DNA of 64,000 bases, taken from contig JAUCBJ010002739.1 of assembly GCA_032718475.1 (NCBI GenBank), positions 1 to 64,000 of the forward strand. The letters run 5' to 3'. This stretch comes from Nemertoderma westbladi. Taxonomy: Eukaryota > Animalia > Xenacoelomorpha. Position 1 is the stretch's first letter. Every line of letters starts with the position of its first letter. The translations under genes and the position numbers were made by a program. Shown here one piece after another: positions 61,617 to 64,000 of the stretch. Below the pieces are notes generated by a model that ran no database searches, was not told the origin of the DNA, and saw nothing but the letters and a program-made list of their open reading frames with translations.

Positions 61617-63069
61617 TAGGGATCGACCGAATTATTCGGTTCGGTAGGCCTACCGAATTTTGCAGAATATGGCATATTCGTTACGGCCGAATTTTAAAAT
61701 TTGAATTGCCGAATATTCGGCACAAATTGCAAATTACTACGGTAGAAGCACCATCAGAACATAGGTAGCTGTAAGAAATTAAATATAATCAGCTAATGAA
61801 TCTTATGTATTATGGTATTATACAGTTATAGGATATAAGACAGTTTGCAACTGCGGTTTGCCTTATTTCATATAATATGTAACATATGATTAGGCCTACT
61901 GTTAGGCGAAGTACCGAGTTCAAATCCCACTCGCTGACATACTTTTTTGTAATGATATTTTTAGCACTCAATCGGGACAAAATTGCAATTATCAGATTAC
62001 ATGATTAGGCCTATAGTGTATAGGCTAACCTTAAATTTAGTATGCCTATAAAACAATATAGGCTGATAGGATTGTATTTTTTCCGGCGAAAAGGTAAATT
62101 AAAATATTTTTGTTTGTGAATTTCTTAAATTTTAATACATGTGTTGAAAGAGCATCGGACGTAGAAAAAGTTTGCACGTAATTTGAGCGAATTCAATGCA
62201 CACACTGAAAAGTTATTGCAACTTAGAACTCAATATCCAATATTGGTTTAGGGGGCGGCCTATGTAGTTAAGCAGCTATCTAGTTTGGTAATAAATATAT
62301 TCGAGAATACTAAATTATTTAACATTGAGTAAGGCATCATCAGGAGTTGAAGCGTACAATAATTCATTCACAAGAATACTACAGTTCAATTTATTTTGTA
62401 ACACTATATACCTAGGCATATCACTCTATTTTTATTAAAGAATTGATCAACAAACTGACAAAAAAGTACCAATAATTTAAGAATAAAATTACGTATTACA
62501 TGGGAAAAAACGTGTATAAATTTTTTTTCAATATTCTCTAAACCCTTTATTAACCTCGGTGACGCTCGGTTAATAAAATCATGAAAATGCTTCGAGAATA
62601 GTGAAAAAAAAGTACTACTTTTTCTACTTGTCTACTTTTTTCCCATGTAATAAATAATAATTACATTCAACAGTTCAATACGGCTTTCGGTAATATTGGT
62701 AATTTGCATAGTGGACTGTCACTCTGTCAGGTCTATCTATGTAATACAATAATAAAGGATTACGGAACAATGATAGATGGACCCACAAAAACCGTAGTTC
62801 ATACAGTAGTACCAGTACCATCAGACCATAGCCGATTTCCCCCCCCCCCCCCCCCCCCCCCTTTACAGCTTTTTGTAGGGGCCTACCGGTACATAAAAAC
62901 TGAATTTTTTGACAAATTTTTTACATTTAAAATGAAAATTGAATTGTGACTTTGGTGGCACTTCAGTATCAAATCTTTCAATATTCGGTACCGAATTTGC
63001 CGAATAGCCTATTTTTTCAAATTCGGTTCGGTTTCGGTTCGGCAAAATTTTAAATTCGGTCGATCCATA
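61617..63069. mobile_element. hAT-like non-autonomous element
   Basis: TAGGGATCGACCGAAT...ATTCGGTCGATCCATA termini, repeated CCGAAT/ATTCGG subterminal motifs, imperfect 8-bp flanks (tatttatc / atttatac). Confidence 0.65.
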
Positions 63070-63639
63070 ATTTATACAAGACCTATATATTTTTTTCATT
63101 TTTATTTAATATGTTAAGCAGTTCATCCACAATGTAATCAATCAGTGCGGCTTACTGCAGTACTGGCAAAGGCCATGGTTGTTATGTTTTACGTATTAGT
63201 CAGTTTGTTGTTTTGTTTGATTTTCAAAGTATTTTGACAAAATTTCGCATTCAATAACGGCACTGCATCCAACAAATAAATCATCAAATTTTAAGGATTT
63301 TTTACCATTTTTGTAGCGCTTGTATTTTTCATCATTGCATTGTTTTTGGCTACTTCTTCCGCCCTTTTTGTTTTTCCCCAATGGTTCCCACATAAGGGGG
63401 TATGTTAAAGAAAAAACCAAGCTAATTTATGTTTTAAAATGCCCACTTTGGGGTAGAACTGGTTTTTTACCTAATGTGGGCACTTTTTTAAATTTTAAAA
63501 AAATGTACAAAAAACTGAAATTTAATAAATTGTTAAATACTTATTGTGAAGATTAGACGTTAGATATCAAACTTTCATTTAATTATACTTCGTGATTAGT
63601 AAACGACCGGTTAACCGGGCCGGGTTCAAACCCGGGCCA

Positions 63640-63845
63640 ACTTTCGCCGTGAGGACCAGCCAGTGCATAATCTTGTACTTTGGCAGCCTCATGGAATGAA
63701 GAAGCATGGTGGACAGACCATGACTTTCTTGAGACGGATCTTAAAGGACACTGGCCTTGAAGATGCGGATGATCTAGCAAATGTCAGGGGTGATAGGGTG
63801 TTGTGGCGGCGCAATTTTGTCGACAAGCCGGCACAGCATTCTTAA
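63640..63845 (+). mobile_element. RTE-type LINE 3'-end fragment (different family from the two long copies)
   Basis: HNLVLWQPHG...LKDTGL...DRVLWR parallels the C-terminus of ORF 41245-42915 (DLLFWQPTHG...ERDTEL...NREAWK). Confidence 0.65.
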
Positions 63846-64000
63846 AAATGCAGCATGCCGATCCTAGAAGCCGAATCTGAGGATGTCAAAATATGACATT
63901 CGCAACACCCCTAAACGAAACTGTATAAATAATAAATATACATATAGATCCCTGATTGAGACGATATATTAATCGCAATAATTTTTATTGTCCGTTTAAA

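Overview
Repeat-rich invertebrate (metazoan) genomic DNA. 1-23757 holds three head-to-tail, minus-strand copies (A, B, C) of one BEL/Pao LTR retrotransposon family with ~1.1-1.2 kb LTRs (TGTAAAAGCTTTTG...GCGCGAACA; ends fixed by a solo LTR with a 5-bp TSD at 54934-56030). Next come a 29/31-bp satellite, CR1 and Gypsy relics, a GC-rich Ty3/Gypsy element nested in an older BEL integrase, a complete 3-exon gamma-COP gene, a 44-bp tandem array split by an RTE LINE, a TEX43/SPMIP10-like gene, a second RTE copy, and two probable 5' exons of a TULP4-like gene whose introns hold nested DNA transposons. Main finding: the BEL/Pao copies have no tRNA primer-binding site. The 12-13 nt directly after the 5' LTR are instead the exact reverse complement of a site inside the same copy's LTR, and the two sites change together between copies A and B. 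This points to Tf1-like self-primed reverse transcription in a BEL/Pao lineage; the mechanism is inferred and needs TSS mapping. All calls were made by eye, with no database searches.
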